A DNA stretch of 20,000 bases from an uncultured virus (IMG/VR IMGVR_UViG_2630968701_000003) (IMGVR_UViG_2630968701_000003), one strand, 5' to 3'. Positions 1 through 8,701 are shown, counted from the first letter of the stretch. Program-made: numbers and translations. Notes: generated from the sequence alone by a model not told the origin.

Positions 1-645
1 ATTAACAATTATAAGGTCTTGATTCATGGGAAAAACGATATAGGCAAAACTATGTTATGGGAAGGATCATTAGAAAAAATCCAAAAGAATGGATTGCTTG
101 CAATTGTAGAATGGGTTATGGGATATACATATCATCATGCAGAATTAAGATATTACATAAAAGAATTATATCAGCGTCCAGGGATCTTTTTCTTAACTTA
201 CAAAGATGGCGTACGTTATCTGCAAAAATACGCGGATAAGTATGATAAGGATGTAAAGCTAATTGAAACGTCTCCAATGGATTTATTTACAGATTGCAGT
301 CCAGAAATAAAAAAACTGTTTGATATTTTACATACGGTTGATTTTAGCAAGAAGAACCGGAAAGTCTATATTTCTGGAAAGATTACAAAAACAGAAGATT
401 ATCAGGAACGATTTGATGTAGCAGCGAGAGAACTTTTGGCACAAGGATATGAAGTTGTAAATCCTGCATATGAAGGGACAAAATTAGAAAACGCTTCTTA
501 CGAAGATTACATGAGATTATCTTTTCAGTTGTTAAATGATTGTGACATCATTTACATGTTAAAAGGATGGGAAACAAGTCCAGGTGCAAATCAGGAGTTT
601 GGCTATGCATTAGCAAAAGCTATGGAAATCAGATTTGAAAAATAA
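1..645 (+). CDS. Protein with C-terminal DUF4406 (nucleoside 2-deoxyribosyltransferase-like) domain; probably 5'-truncated by the window edge
   Basis: Frame is open from base 1. C-terminal KVYISGKIT...GYEVVNPA...YEDYMRLSFQLLNDCDIIYMLKGWETSPGANQEFGYA fits the DUF4406/NDT-fold pattern. Confidence 0.8.
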   Translation: MNNYKVLIHGKNDIGKTMLWEGSLEKIQKNGLLAIVEWVMGYTYHHAELRYYIKELYQRPGIFFLTYKDGVRYLQKYADKYDKDVKLIETSPMDLFTDCSPEIKKLFDILHTVDFSKKNRKVYISGKITKTEDYQERFDVAARELLAQGYEVVNPAYEGTKLENASYEDYMRLSFQLLNDCDIIYMLKGWETSPGANQEFGYALAKAMEIRFEK

Positions 646-658
646 AAGGAGAAAATTT

Positions 659-2122
659 ATGTTAGATTTATCAAATATTTTCAATAAAGATATGAAAAAA
701 GCAATTATGTCTAAAGAAAAACTCGCAGAAATGTTAAGGGTTACGCCAGAAGCCTTAAAGGCATTTGAAAAATCCTATCAGCTATATTCCATGAATGAGC
801 CGATCAGCGACAACCTTTTCAAAGTCAATGCAAAGCAGGCTGCAAGTTTAAATCCAAAACAGGATGTACCTGAAAAAGGAAAAGTTCAAGATTTGATTGA
901 CCGGATCGTGAATGAGCTTTTAGATCAAGCCCTCATTTATGAATATGACGGAAAACCAGGATTTACATATGGAAATATCTATTCTTGCAATCAAACGAGA
1001 ACAGTTAAAGTTCCAGAAAACTCAGAAGTAACACTTGAAGAAATCAATGAGCTGCCAAAAGAGTTAAGACCTGATCTGACTGGACGATATGTTAAAAAAA
1101 GTCTTTCTGATGGTACGGGAGATGCATTGTTAGAGCAATATCAGCAGTATCTGAATACAAAAGATCCACGAAAAAAAAGGTTTCTTTATGACCATTTTCG
1201 TCAGGGATTAGATATGTTAGATCTGGATGGAATCAGCTATGCAATTTTAGATCGTTGTCAGAATTCCATAGGAAACTGGTTTCCACGATTAGTAAATGCG
1301 ATTTTTTATTCTGATTTCTTTCAGCTGCCAAAGACAAAGATCATGAAAGTTCCATTGCCGGTATTACAAATGAGTCGAATGGAATATACAGAATTGTCGT
1401 CTACGACTTTTCAGATCATTGATCAATTTTGCCAGAAAGCTTTTGAATTAGACGAAACGAAAGAATACTTTATCAAAACTGGTGTTTTTTCTTCTAAATT
1501 TGATTTTCGGAATGCTTATATTCATGACGCAAAAGAAGTCAAAGAGATCGGAGAATATTTACTATTCATCAGTTTTCAGGCAAGTTGTTTTGCACACTAT
1601 GATCTTTCTGGAAGAAACCAGCCAAGTATATATGGTGCAGCAACAACAAATGAGTGGGTCGTTAGAGAATTCATTAAGGATAAAGAAAACAATCCATGTA
1701 TCTACAAAGGATTACCACTACATACAGAATATCGTGTATTTATTGATGCAGATACAAAAGAAGTGTTAGGGATCAATCCATACTGGGATCCGGATGTCAT
1801 GAAAAAGCGATTTGGAAAAGAAGCGGATGCAAATAATCCAGATATGGTGCATGACTATGTGATCTATGCAGCACATGAGAAAACATTAATGGAACGATAC
1901 GAGAAGAACAAAGAGAAAGTTCAAAAAGAGATCATGAAACTGTTACCATTTTTAGATTTAAGAGGGCAGTGGTCCATTGATGTGATGCAGAATGGAGAAG
2001 ATTTTTGGATCATTGACATGGCATTAGCGAAAGATTCAGCTTTACTGTCTTGTGTCCCAAAGGACAAGATTAAAGCGGTAGAAGAAGACTGGATTCCAAG
2101 AATCTCAATCAAAGAACTGTAA
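659..2122 (+). CDS. Putative ATP-grasp-like protein (possibly R2K/Cdc123-like) with N-terminal HTH-like segment
   Basis: AAGGAG RBS before ATG 659. Motifs YFIKTG, WVVREFI, EYRVFID and WSIDVM...FWIIDMA fall in ATP-grasp order. N-terminal KEKLAEMLRVTPEAL resembles an HTH. The ORF is solid, the family is tentative. Confidence 0.55.
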   Translation: MLDLSNIFNKDMKKAIMSKEKLAEMLRVTPEALKAFEKSYQLYSMNEPISDNLFKVNAKQAASLNPKQDVPEKGKVQDLIDRIVNELLDQALIYEYDGKPGFTYGNIYSCNQTRTVKVPENSEVTLEEINELPKELRPDLTGRYVKKSLSDGTGDALLEQYQQYLNTKDPRKKRFLYDHFRQGLDMLDLDGISYAILDRCQNSIGNWFPRLVNAIFYSDFFQLPKTKIMKVPLPVLQMSRMEYTELSSTTFQIIDQFCQKAFELDETKEYFIKTGVFSSKFDFRNAYIHDAKEVKEIGEYLLFISFQASCFAHYDLSGRNQPSIYGAATTNEWVVREFIKDKENNPCIYKGLPLHTEYRVFIDADTKEVLGINPYWDPDVMKKRFGKEADANNPDMVHDYVIYAAHEKTLMERYEKNKEKVQKEIMKLLPFLDLRGQWSIDVMQNGEDFWIIDMALAKDSALLSCVPKDKIKAVEEDWIPRISIKEL

Positions 2123-2130
2123 CAAATTTT

Positions 2131-2165
2131 ATGAACTACCCACCACCTAAAGGTATGTGGATACG
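2131..2165. mobile_element. Possible degenerate IS200/IS605-family end (hairpin remnant)
   Basis: ATGAACTACCCACCACCTAAAGGTATGTGG resembles the GAACTACCC-hairpin ends of IS200/IS605-type elements. It is GC-rich relative to its flanks. No transposase is adjacent. Confidence 0.35.
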
Positions 2166-2198
2166 CAGCTGAGAATTTTATAAAAAAGGAGAAAAATT

Positions 2199-3086
2199 GT
2201 GAGAAAAGAATTAGGAAACATTAAAGAGCCTACAGACTTTGAAGGAACGGTAAAGGAATTAGCAGAACAGGTTTTGGATTTATCGACAAAACAGCCAGAT
2301 GGGATGATTCATGATGCAGATACGATTTTAGCAGATATTATGGAAGCAGCAGACTTTCAAGTTAGTGGAATTTCTGATGATATATTAAAATTGTATCTTG
2401 AAGTAGAAAATAAGGACGATTTTGAATCATTATTTTATTTAATTACAGATGAAAAATTTGAAGATTATCTAGTAGAAAGCAAAAAAGTGATGGAAGAAAA
2501 TATTTTGAAAGCAGAACCAAGAGCTATTCAAGTATATCTTTCAGATTCTGGCAATGATGAAAAAGAATCTATCATTTTTAAAACAGATGCTCCCAAAGCA
2601 GTGATCGAGAACTGGATAAAAAGTCAGCATAATTCAATTTCTTCAAATTATCCATTCCACCATATAGTAATGGAATTGTTAAATGAGGGATATATGGTTA
2701 AATTATTATATGATCAATACTCAAAATGTAATGATGTCGAATTGATCGATCAGTATTCTTGCGAAGAAATATATCATGTAGGCTGTAGTATTGGAGATAT
2801 ATTTCATCATATGAAAATTTTTAATAGTTTATATTATGATGCTTCTGGTGTTCCATATATTAAATTAACTGATTCCATGGATGGCAGTGATTTAAGAAAG
2901 ATTGCAAATGTATTAGGAATTTACTCAATAAAAGCAAATGAATTTTGTATTTCTAAAAGGAAAGCATTAATATGCAATCTTGATTTTGTTGATATAATGA
3001 GAATAGCAGAACATGAAAAATACAATGTTGAAACTGGAATAATAAAAAATTCAAATGATGAATGTTATATTCTAACTCGAAAGTAA
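2199..3086 (+). CDS. Hypothetical protein (295 aa, acidic N-half)
   Basis: AAGGAG RBS before GTG start; long ORF. Confidence 0.8.
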   Translation: MRKELGNIKEPTDFEGTVKELAEQVLDLSTKQPDGMIHDADTILADIMEAADFQVSGISDDILKLYLEVENKDDFESLFYLITDEKFEDYLVESKKVMEENILKAEPRAIQVYLSDSGNDEKESIIFKTDAPKAVIENWIKSQHNSISSNYPFHHIVMELLNEGYMVKLLYDQYSKCNDVELIDQYSCEEIYHVGCSIGDIFHHMKIFNSLYYDASGVPYIKLTDSMDGSDLRKIANVLGIYSIKANEFCISKRKALICNLDFVDIMRIAEHEKYNVETGIIKNSNDECYILTRK

Positions 3087-3145
3087 TGCCACCATTATAT
3101 GGAGAAGATTTTGTCTTGAATGAGAATAGCTAGAAATTAATTTTT

Positions 3146-3184
3146 GGAGCAGATACATATTTTATGTGTCTGCTTCTTTTTTTT
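3146..3184 (+). terminator. Intrinsic terminator
   Basis: GGAGCAGATACATA/TATGTGTCTGCTTC stem followed by T8. Confidence 0.8.
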
Positions 3185-3215
3185 GCGACAAAATCTTTAT
3201 AATTTTTTCTGAATA

Positions 3216-3379
3216 TGATATAATACTAATGTATTTTTATTAGACTTTGGAGTTTTAACGGAAAAACTCTGAACTTTTTTTAGGATAAAAAATCAATAGA
3301 AATTTCATAACCAATCATTTGGGCATAAATTTAAGTAGATATTTTGTATCTGCTTCTTTTTATGTCCATTTTTATTTTT
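3216..3379 (+). promoter_or_regulatory. Repeated leader copy 1: extended -10 promoter + structured RNA + terminator-like hairpin
   Basis: TGATATAAT at 3216-3224; 11-bp stem 3246-3273 with AACGGA loop; long hairpin 3320-3368 with T-rich tail; similar to the copies at 8460 and 17208. Confidence 0.75.
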
Positions 3380-3403
3380 ACAAAAGAAAGGAGGAAATAC
3401 AAA

Positions 3404-3637
3404 ATGTGTAAATCAAAATTCACTGATAAAATGTTAATTAGTCTGAAATGCACTCTGATTCAGGAGTGCATGAACAGTGACTATGTTTATTTTGATTTTT
3501 TTGGTGAGAATCGCCCAGATGATGATCAAGAGGATTTATATGCAAAAGTTGAAGAAACTCTTGAACAGATGCCAGAAGAAGAATTGATGAAATTTTATAA
3601 AGAATATGTAAACTCATCAGGAAAGGAGATGAATTAA
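3404..3637 (+). CDS. Small acidic hypothetical protein
   Basis: AAGGAGG RBS, ATG at 3404 (in frame with track ORF 3344). Confidence 0.75.
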   Translation: MCKSKFTDKMLISLKCTLIQECMNSDYVYFDFFGENRPDDDQEDLYAKVEETLEQMPEEELMKFYKEYVNSSGKEMN

Positions 3638-3876
3638 TGAAAGTTTTATTAATTCATACAGACGGATATTCTATTGATGTTGTTGGAAAATACAACACCA
3701 AAGAAGAAGCCTGTAAGCAACTTAATTTTGAATATGAACGAAAGATTGAGTATCAAGAAATGTTTTCAAACGGTATTGATTCGGAATGGATGAAATCATC
3801 ACACTGCGATAATGAAGAAGCTATTCTCTATATTAATGGAGAAGAGGTTCATGTTTGGCAGATTGTAACTGCTTAA
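3637..3876 (+). CDS. Hypothetical protein (79 aa)
   Basis: AAGGAG RBS; TAATG overlap with the upstream stop. Confidence 0.75.
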   Translation: MKVLLIHTDGYSIDVVGKYNTKEEACKQLNFEYERKIEYQEMFSNGIDSEWMKSSHCDNEEAILYINGEEVHVWQIVTA

Positions 3877-3877
3877 T

Positions 3878-3956
3878 TTTGATATATATTATATTAAATA
3901 TGGTACAAAAACAGATGAAAAATTATTATTTGTTTTTGTACTTTTTATATATCAAA
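3878..3956 (+). terminator. Long nested hairpin/terminator resembling the 3' half of the repeated leader
   Basis: GTACAAAAACAGAT/ATTTGTTTTTGTAC stem + T5, enclosed by TTTGATATATA/TATATATCAAA. Confidence 0.55.
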
Positions 3957-4007
3957 GAATTTTATCGTACTGAAATTAAAAAATCATAGGAAAGGCAGGC
4001 AATAAAT

Positions 4008-4484
4008 ATGAGTTTGAATAGTATTAAAAGAGATTTGAAAGATTATATCGAGGAAAATAAAGCATTACTAGAAGCATGGGAAAGAGTTACTTATCTTACG
4101 AAAAAAGATGGAACTCCTTTTAAAAGCATGTCGAAAAATTTTAATAATGCAATATATAAAAGGAAAGAATCTTTTCGAGGATACATTCTTGAAGTTGATA
4201 CAAAGTTTACCCCAAATCATAGAAGATCATATTTTAGAAATTATATCGATTGTGGTAATAAGGATAATCCAAATACTTTGGAAGAAATTAAGCAAAAAGT
4301 ATCAAAAGAAATCGAAAGCAAAAAAAGGTTTATTAAATCATTAGAAAAGCGATTAGAAATAATTGACTATGCTTACGAAGAATTTTCAAAATCTTATGAT
4401 GATATAAGAGAAAATTTGAAAGAGTTATGTGAAAATGACGTTTCTCTGGCAAACATGATTTGTGAAGATATTGCCAAACGATAA
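4008..4484 (+). CDS. Hypothetical protein (158 aa)
   Basis: Purine-rich RBS, long ORF, coiled-coil-like C-terminus. Confidence 0.75.
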   Translation: MSLNSIKRDLKDYIEENKALLEAWERVTYLTKKDGTPFKSMSKNFNNAIYKRKESFRGYILEVDTKFTPNHRRSYFRNYIDCGNKDNPNTLEEIKQKVSKEIESKKRFIKSLEKRLEIIDYAYEEFSKSYDDIRENLKELCENDVSLANMICEDIAKR

Positions 4485-4510
4485 AATTATTGATAAGGAA
4501 GGAATACATT

Positions 4511-4837
4511 ATGAAAAACGAAAAGCAAATTAAAATTGATGGGTATAAGTGCATCAAGCTTGATGAATGGAAGACGGAATGGAAAGCGGAAAAAGTAAAG
4601 TATGTAATTGGAAAAGCAGAAGATGAAGAATTTCCTTCATTCTACGCAAAAGTTCAAAGAGTCAACGATAATGATGATCTTATTGATGATGATTATATCT
4701 TCGAGTATGATCACAAACCAGAGAGATCAGCGGTTGAGGATGATTTCATCGATGAATGGGGTCAAAGAGATTTAGATCGTCGTGAACGAAAAATGCCCGT
4801 ACCGGAAAATGATATTATTCATATGATTTGTATTTAA
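4511..4837 (+). CDS. Hypothetical acidic protein
   Basis: AGGAAGGA RBS before ATG 4511. Confidence 0.75.
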   Translation: MKNEKQIKIDGYKCIKLDEWKTEWKAEKVKYVIGKAEDEEFPSFYAKVQRVNDNDDLIDDDYIFEYDHKPERSAVEDDFIDEWGQRDLDRRERKMPVPENDIIHMICI

Positions 4838-4850
4838 GGAGAAAGAAAGT

Positions 4851-5624
4851 ATGATTAAGAATTGGGAACTAAAAATTAAAGAAAATAAATCAACGCTGAT
4901 CATTAATGATTGGGGTGTAAAATCCGATGATATTATAGATCTAGCAAGACACCTTGTGATTAAATTTCATTTTGATAAATTATATATCAATTATGAAAAT
5001 ACTGGCAAAATCATACATTGTGCGTTAAAAGACAATGATCCAATAAATAAGTGTTTAACGATGAATTGTGGTATGAAAGCTTCAATCATAAAATATCGAT
5101 CACATAATGACATTGATATTCAATTTGAAGATGGTACAATCATTAAGCATCGGGATTTTAGAGATTTTTGTAAAGGAAAAATAGCGAATCCTAATCTGAG
5201 CAAAAGAAAATCATGGGAAGATGTTAGGATTACAAATATTCAATGGGATGCATCCGATGATGTTATGGCAGGATTGCCTGATAAGGTTAATGCTTTAGAT
5301 CTTAATATTAATTTATCTCAGTATGATACAAACGAAGATTTGGATTACAACGAAGATTTCTTATATGGGGTTTCAGAGGCTCTATCAGAAAAATATGGTT
5401 TCTGTCATGATGGTTTCGAGCTTGAAATCAGCATGGGAAAAATGGAGTCAAAAATTGTTGGAATCATCAATCAATTCGGAGAAAATGACTTCTCTTATTG
5501 GACAGGATTCTGTTTGAATGATGAAGAACAGAAACAGATTGAAGAAATTCTTCATCGACACGATACAGAGGGATGCTCTATAAGAGGTACCAGAAGTGAT
5601 ATTTCCAATGAAATAAAAGAATGA
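4851..5624 (+). CDS. Modular hypothetical protein; N-terminal domain similar to that of 12373..13221
   Basis: AAGGAG RBS; several distinct short modules visible (see findings). Confidence 0.75.
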   Translation: MIKNWELKIKENKSTLIINDWGVKSDDIIDLARHLVIKFHFDKLYINYENTGKIIHCALKDNDPINKCLTMNCGMKASIIKYRSHNDIDIQFEDGTIIKHRDFRDFCKGKIANPNLSKRKSWEDVRITNIQWDASDDVMAGLPDKVNALDLNINLSQYDTNEDLDYNEDFLYGVSEALSEKYGFCHDGFELEISMGKMESKIVGIINQFGENDFSYWTGFCLNDEEQKQIEEILHRHDTEGCSIRGTRSDISNEIKE

Positions 5625-5651
5625 TAGTTTTTTAAAATTAGGAGGGAAACA

Positions 5652-5972
5652 ATGATTGAACAAAAAAATGAGTGGTTAGTTGTAGTGTGGAATGATGGCA
5701 TCAGTCAGTTCTTTATTGAACGGCTCACTGCAACAGAAGAAGAGATTAAGAGGTATCTTTTATCGTTAATTGAAGATGATAAAAAATTATCACAAGAAAC
5801 GTGCAATGATTGCACAGACAGTATTGATGGAATTGGAAGCTATGAAGAACCCGTTACAGAAGGTTTTATGGCGTTTCATGCGTATGCTTCTTTTGATACA
5901 TATCATATCGAGTATGAAGCACGTCCATTAAATAAGATTAAAGATGCAACAGAAATGATAGAAGAATTATAA
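5652..5972 (+). CDS. Hypothetical protein (106 aa)
   Basis: AGGAGG RBS; ORF. Confidence 0.75.
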   Translation: MIEQKNEWLVVVWNDGISQFFIERLTATEEEIKRYLLSLIEDDKKLSQETCNDCTDSIDGIGSYEEPVTEGFMAFHAYASFDTYHIEYEARPLNKIKDATEMIEEL

Positions 5973-5993
5973 GAAATTAAAAGGAGAGTAACC

Positions 5994-6251
5994 ATGGTTA
6001 AAATTTTTCAAAAAGAATTACCAGCTGATTGTGAGAAGGCAATAAGAGAACTAATAAAACTAAAAGTATATATTGTTATGGATGATGACAGAATTGAAAA
6101 TTTCTCTGATGTTTGGTGGAAAGTGCAACATGAGTGCGATATGTATGAAGAAAAGCAAGATAGTAACGAGTTGACTTATCAAAGTTACGTTGGTGCCAAA
6201 AACTGGTTAAGTAAATGGGAAAAACTTTATATTAAATACAATGACAAATAA
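5994..6251 (+). CDS. Hypothetical protein (85 aa)
   Basis: AAGGAG RBS; ORF. Confidence 0.75.
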   Translation: MVKIFQKELPADCEKAIRELIKLKVYIVMDDDRIENFSDVWWKVQHECDMYEEKQDSNELTYQSYVGAKNWLSKWEKLYIKYNDK

Positions 6252-6279
6252 AAAATTTGGAGTTGGGAGGTCGATTAAA

Positions 6280-6771
6280 GTGGAAACAAAAGATTTAATC
6301 AAAGAATTAAGAATTTTAGAAAAATCTTCCAAGTTAGGTGAACAGGCGTGTATTTGTGGAGAAGCTGCAAATCGCTTAGAAGAATTACTGCAGGAAATTG
6401 AAATTTCGCGAAGATTAGAAAAAAGTGAGAATCACAAAGAAAATGATGATCGTAAGCAATTACTTTCTAAGAATAAAAAGAAAATGGAAGTAAAGAAAAA
6501 TGTGCTGAAGCCTCTTCAATCATTTTTGAAGTCAGGAAGAAAAATTTATATTACGGGTTTCGACTATGATGAAATGTCTTATGTGTTGGATATTGATGAT
6601 AAATATTTGAATGATTTTGTCGGAGATTACACTGTTTTTGATTTAATGATTTTAGATGCCAATACATATATCGCACAACTCAATTTTTCCTATTTTATTT
6701 TAAGAACATGGAAGAGTAAATATCACTGTAAAGAAGTAAAGTATTCGTTAGAAGAAAAAGGATTGTTATAA
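6280..6771 (+). CDS. Hypothetical protein
   Basis: GGGAGG RBS before in-frame GTG 6280 (track start 6241). Confidence 0.7.
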   Translation: METKDLIKELRILEKSSKLGEQACICGEAANRLEELLQEIEISRRLEKSENHKENDDRKQLLSKNKKKMEVKKNVLKPLQSFLKSGRKIYITGFDYDEMSYVLDIDDKYLNDFVGDYTVFDLMILDANTYIAQLNFSYFILRTWKSKYHCKEVKYSLEEKGLL

Positions 6772-6806
6772 AGATTCAAAGCAAAAAATAACAGGAGGAA
6801 AAAATC

Positions 6807-7244
6807 ATGAAGATTAATAAAAAAGAGCTTATCGTTGGAAATACGGCTTATGTTGTAACAAAGAAATACGATCCAAATCAAACAAAGCAGGTATATCACA
6901 TTGATCCGGTTGAAATTAAAAAAATTGGTCGTAAATATATTACGGTTACCGTACAATACTGGGATCAGGAATTTTGCTTAAAAGATGACGGAGTCATTTA
7001 CGAATTTGCTTTAAAAAATAAAACAAGCGGAGCAAATGATGTATTGTGTTTGTCTGAAGAAGATGCGAAAAAGCATATCTTAAAACAAAATCTTTTGATG
7101 GAATTTCGAAATAAGAGATTCTATGAAAATGACTGCAATCTGGATCAATTGCTACTTATGAAAGCAGGATATCATTACGATCCAACAGGTCCAATGGCAG
7201 AACATTGGCAGAAGATTTTGGAATATGAGAAAGGTAATTATTAA
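6807..7244 (+). CDS. Hypothetical protein with phage-type beta-rich N-terminal segment (IKKIGRKYITV)
   Basis: AGGAGG RBS; ORF. Confidence 0.75.
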   Translation: MKINKKELIVGNTAYVVTKKYDPNQTKQVYHIDPVEIKKIGRKYITVTVQYWDQEFCLKDDGVIYEFALKNKTSGANDVLCLSEEDAKKHILKQNLLMEFRNKRFYENDCNLDQLLLMKAGYHYDPTGPMAEHWQKILEYEKGNY

Positions 7245-7249
7245 TTGTT

Positions 7250-7285
7250 ATGCAGGACAGGGAAACTTCCTTGTCCTGTATTGTT
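7250..7285 (+). terminator. Stable hairpin with weak U-tract (terminator or processing site)
   Basis: ATGCAGGACAGGGA/TCCTTGTCCTGTAT 14-bp stem. Confidence 0.5.
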
Positions 7286-7304
7286 AAAAAGAAAGGAAAA
7301 TCAA

Positions 7305-7652
7305 ATGAAAAGAAACGACAAGATATACAATTTAAGAGGATTTTGTAACGTGCAAGATGACTGTTCGAAATGCAGATTAGATGCATTAACAGACAATTGT
7401 GACTTCGATGAACTGCCAGATAAAAAGATCGATCAATTATACAAGATCGTTGAAAAGATAATCCATAAAGGCACAGAAGAGCTCACAGGTGTCGTAAAAG
7501 ATGTCAACAAAGGGGCCAAAACAGTAACAAGTATTCTGGAAGAAATCAAAAAAGAAATGTGCGATGAATATTGCGTGCATGCAAAATTAACACCAAATTT
7601 TCAAAAGGAAGCAGAAGAAGCATGTAACAGATGTCCACTAAATAAATTGTAA
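7305..7652 (+). CDS. Cys-rich hypothetical protein
   Basis: GAAAGGA RBS before ATG 7305; CxxC-type motifs near both ends (CSKC, CNRCPL). Confidence 0.7.
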   Translation: MKRNDKIYNLRGFCNVQDDCSKCRLDALTDNCDFDELPDKKIDQLYKIVEKIIHKGTEELTGVVKDVNKGAKTVTSILEEIKKEMCDEYCVHAKLTPNFQKEAEEACNRCPLNKL

Positions 7653-7664
7653 AAGGAGAAAATC

Positions 7665-7927
7665 ATGAATATCAAACTGATCACAGAAAAATTAAAATCA
7701 CCCGAATATGACTTTTTGAAAACGACATTCTTAAATGTGGAAGTTGTACAGTTGTTCATTGGAACGAGAAGTATGCATCTTGGACACTTACAAGAAAAGG
7801 TTGGGTATATGATCACTTTTTTGGAGAAGCAGAAGATCCAGAAGATTGTATAGTTGTAGGAAATATTTTTGACAATCCACAGTTGAAAAAGAAGTATGGT
7901 AAAGATTGGGAGGAAGAACACAAATGA
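7665..7927 (+). pseudogene. Out-of-frame chimera: nucleotidyltransferase-like N-terminus joined to a YopX-family C-terminal half
   Basis: First frame reads MNIKLITEKLKSPEYDFLKT. The -1 frame from 7715 reads FENDILKCG...DCIVVGNIFDNPQL...* (YopX motifs) and ends at 7927 in an ATGA overlap with the next gene. Confidence 0.7.
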
Positions 7928-8457
7928 TCAAGACAAGATATAAAATACAGGAATATTTTTCAAAAGAAACAAAAATCCATTGCAACAGAGTAGAACAATA
8001 CACGAAAGCAATGGCAGAAGAATTAGGGCTGTCTGCATACGACACAAAGATGTTAACGGTTGCAGCAAGATATCATGATATTGGGAAATATTACATTCCA
8101 GAAAAGATTCTGAATGCACCAAGACCATTAACAGGATTGGAACGTAAAGTCATTGATATGCACGCATACTATGGATATGAAGCTTGCATGGAATATGGGT
8201 TTGAAAAAGATATTTGTGAATTAATATTACTGCATCATGGTACACACAAATATCGTACGCTGACAGATGAACAGATCAGCGATTTTGCAAAAGAATATTT
8301 TCAAATCTTAATGGCAGCTGATATTTATGATGCATTGATAAGTGACAGGGTGTATCGTAGAGCAGTTGATCATGATCGAGCATTGGATATCGTTGCAGAA
8401 AATCCAGAGATTAAGCGATGGGTGTTTCTTGCATTAGAAAAAATTTCACTATGTTAG
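7924..8457 (+). CDS. Stand-alone HD-GYP-like phosphohydrolase
   Basis: GGAGG RBS; HCNRV, YHDIGK, LLHH and ADIYDALISDRVYR motifs; the GYP motif itself is absent. Confidence 0.85.
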   Translation: MIKTRYKIQEYFSKETKIHCNRVEQYTKAMAEELGLSAYDTKMLTVAARYHDIGKYYIPEKILNAPRPLTGLERKVIDMHAYYGYEACMEYGFEKDICELILLHHGTHKYRTLTDEQISDFAKEYFQILMAADIYDALISDRVYRRAVDHDRALDIVAENPEIKRWVFLALEKISLC

Positions 8458-8459
8458 GG

Positions 8460-8629
8460 TTGAGATACTGCTCACAACATGATATAATAAAATTGTATTT
8501 TTATCAGACTTTAGAATATAGGAAAATTCTGAACATTTTTAAGAATCAAGTCAATAGAAAATTATCAATCATGGGTATAAATTAAGCAGATATATGGTAT
8601 CTGTTTATTTTTATACCCTTTTTTATTTT
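8460..8629 (+). promoter_or_regulatory. Repeated leader copy 2: sigma-A promoter + structured RNA + terminator-like hairpin
   Basis: TTGAGA(8460)-17 bp-TATAAT(8483) with TG extension; stem 8510-8533 with ATAGGAAA loop; hairpin 8573-8618 + T6. Confidence 0.8.
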
Positions 8630-8675
8630 AAGGAAAGGAGATTTAAAAAATATATTAAATTGAAAAAAATCATTG

Positions 8676-8701
8676 AAACAGACAAAAAGTCTGTTTTTTT
8701 T
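8676..8701 (+). terminator. Second terminator-like hairpin upstream of yhaM
   Basis: AAACAGAC/GTCTGTTT with T run. Confidence 0.55.

Noticed and set aside
7710..7726. Programmed -1 frameshift joining the 7665 ORF to the YopX frame
   Set aside because: No canonical X XXY YYZ heptamer in frame and no obvious stimulatory structure; a deletion scar or indel is simpler.
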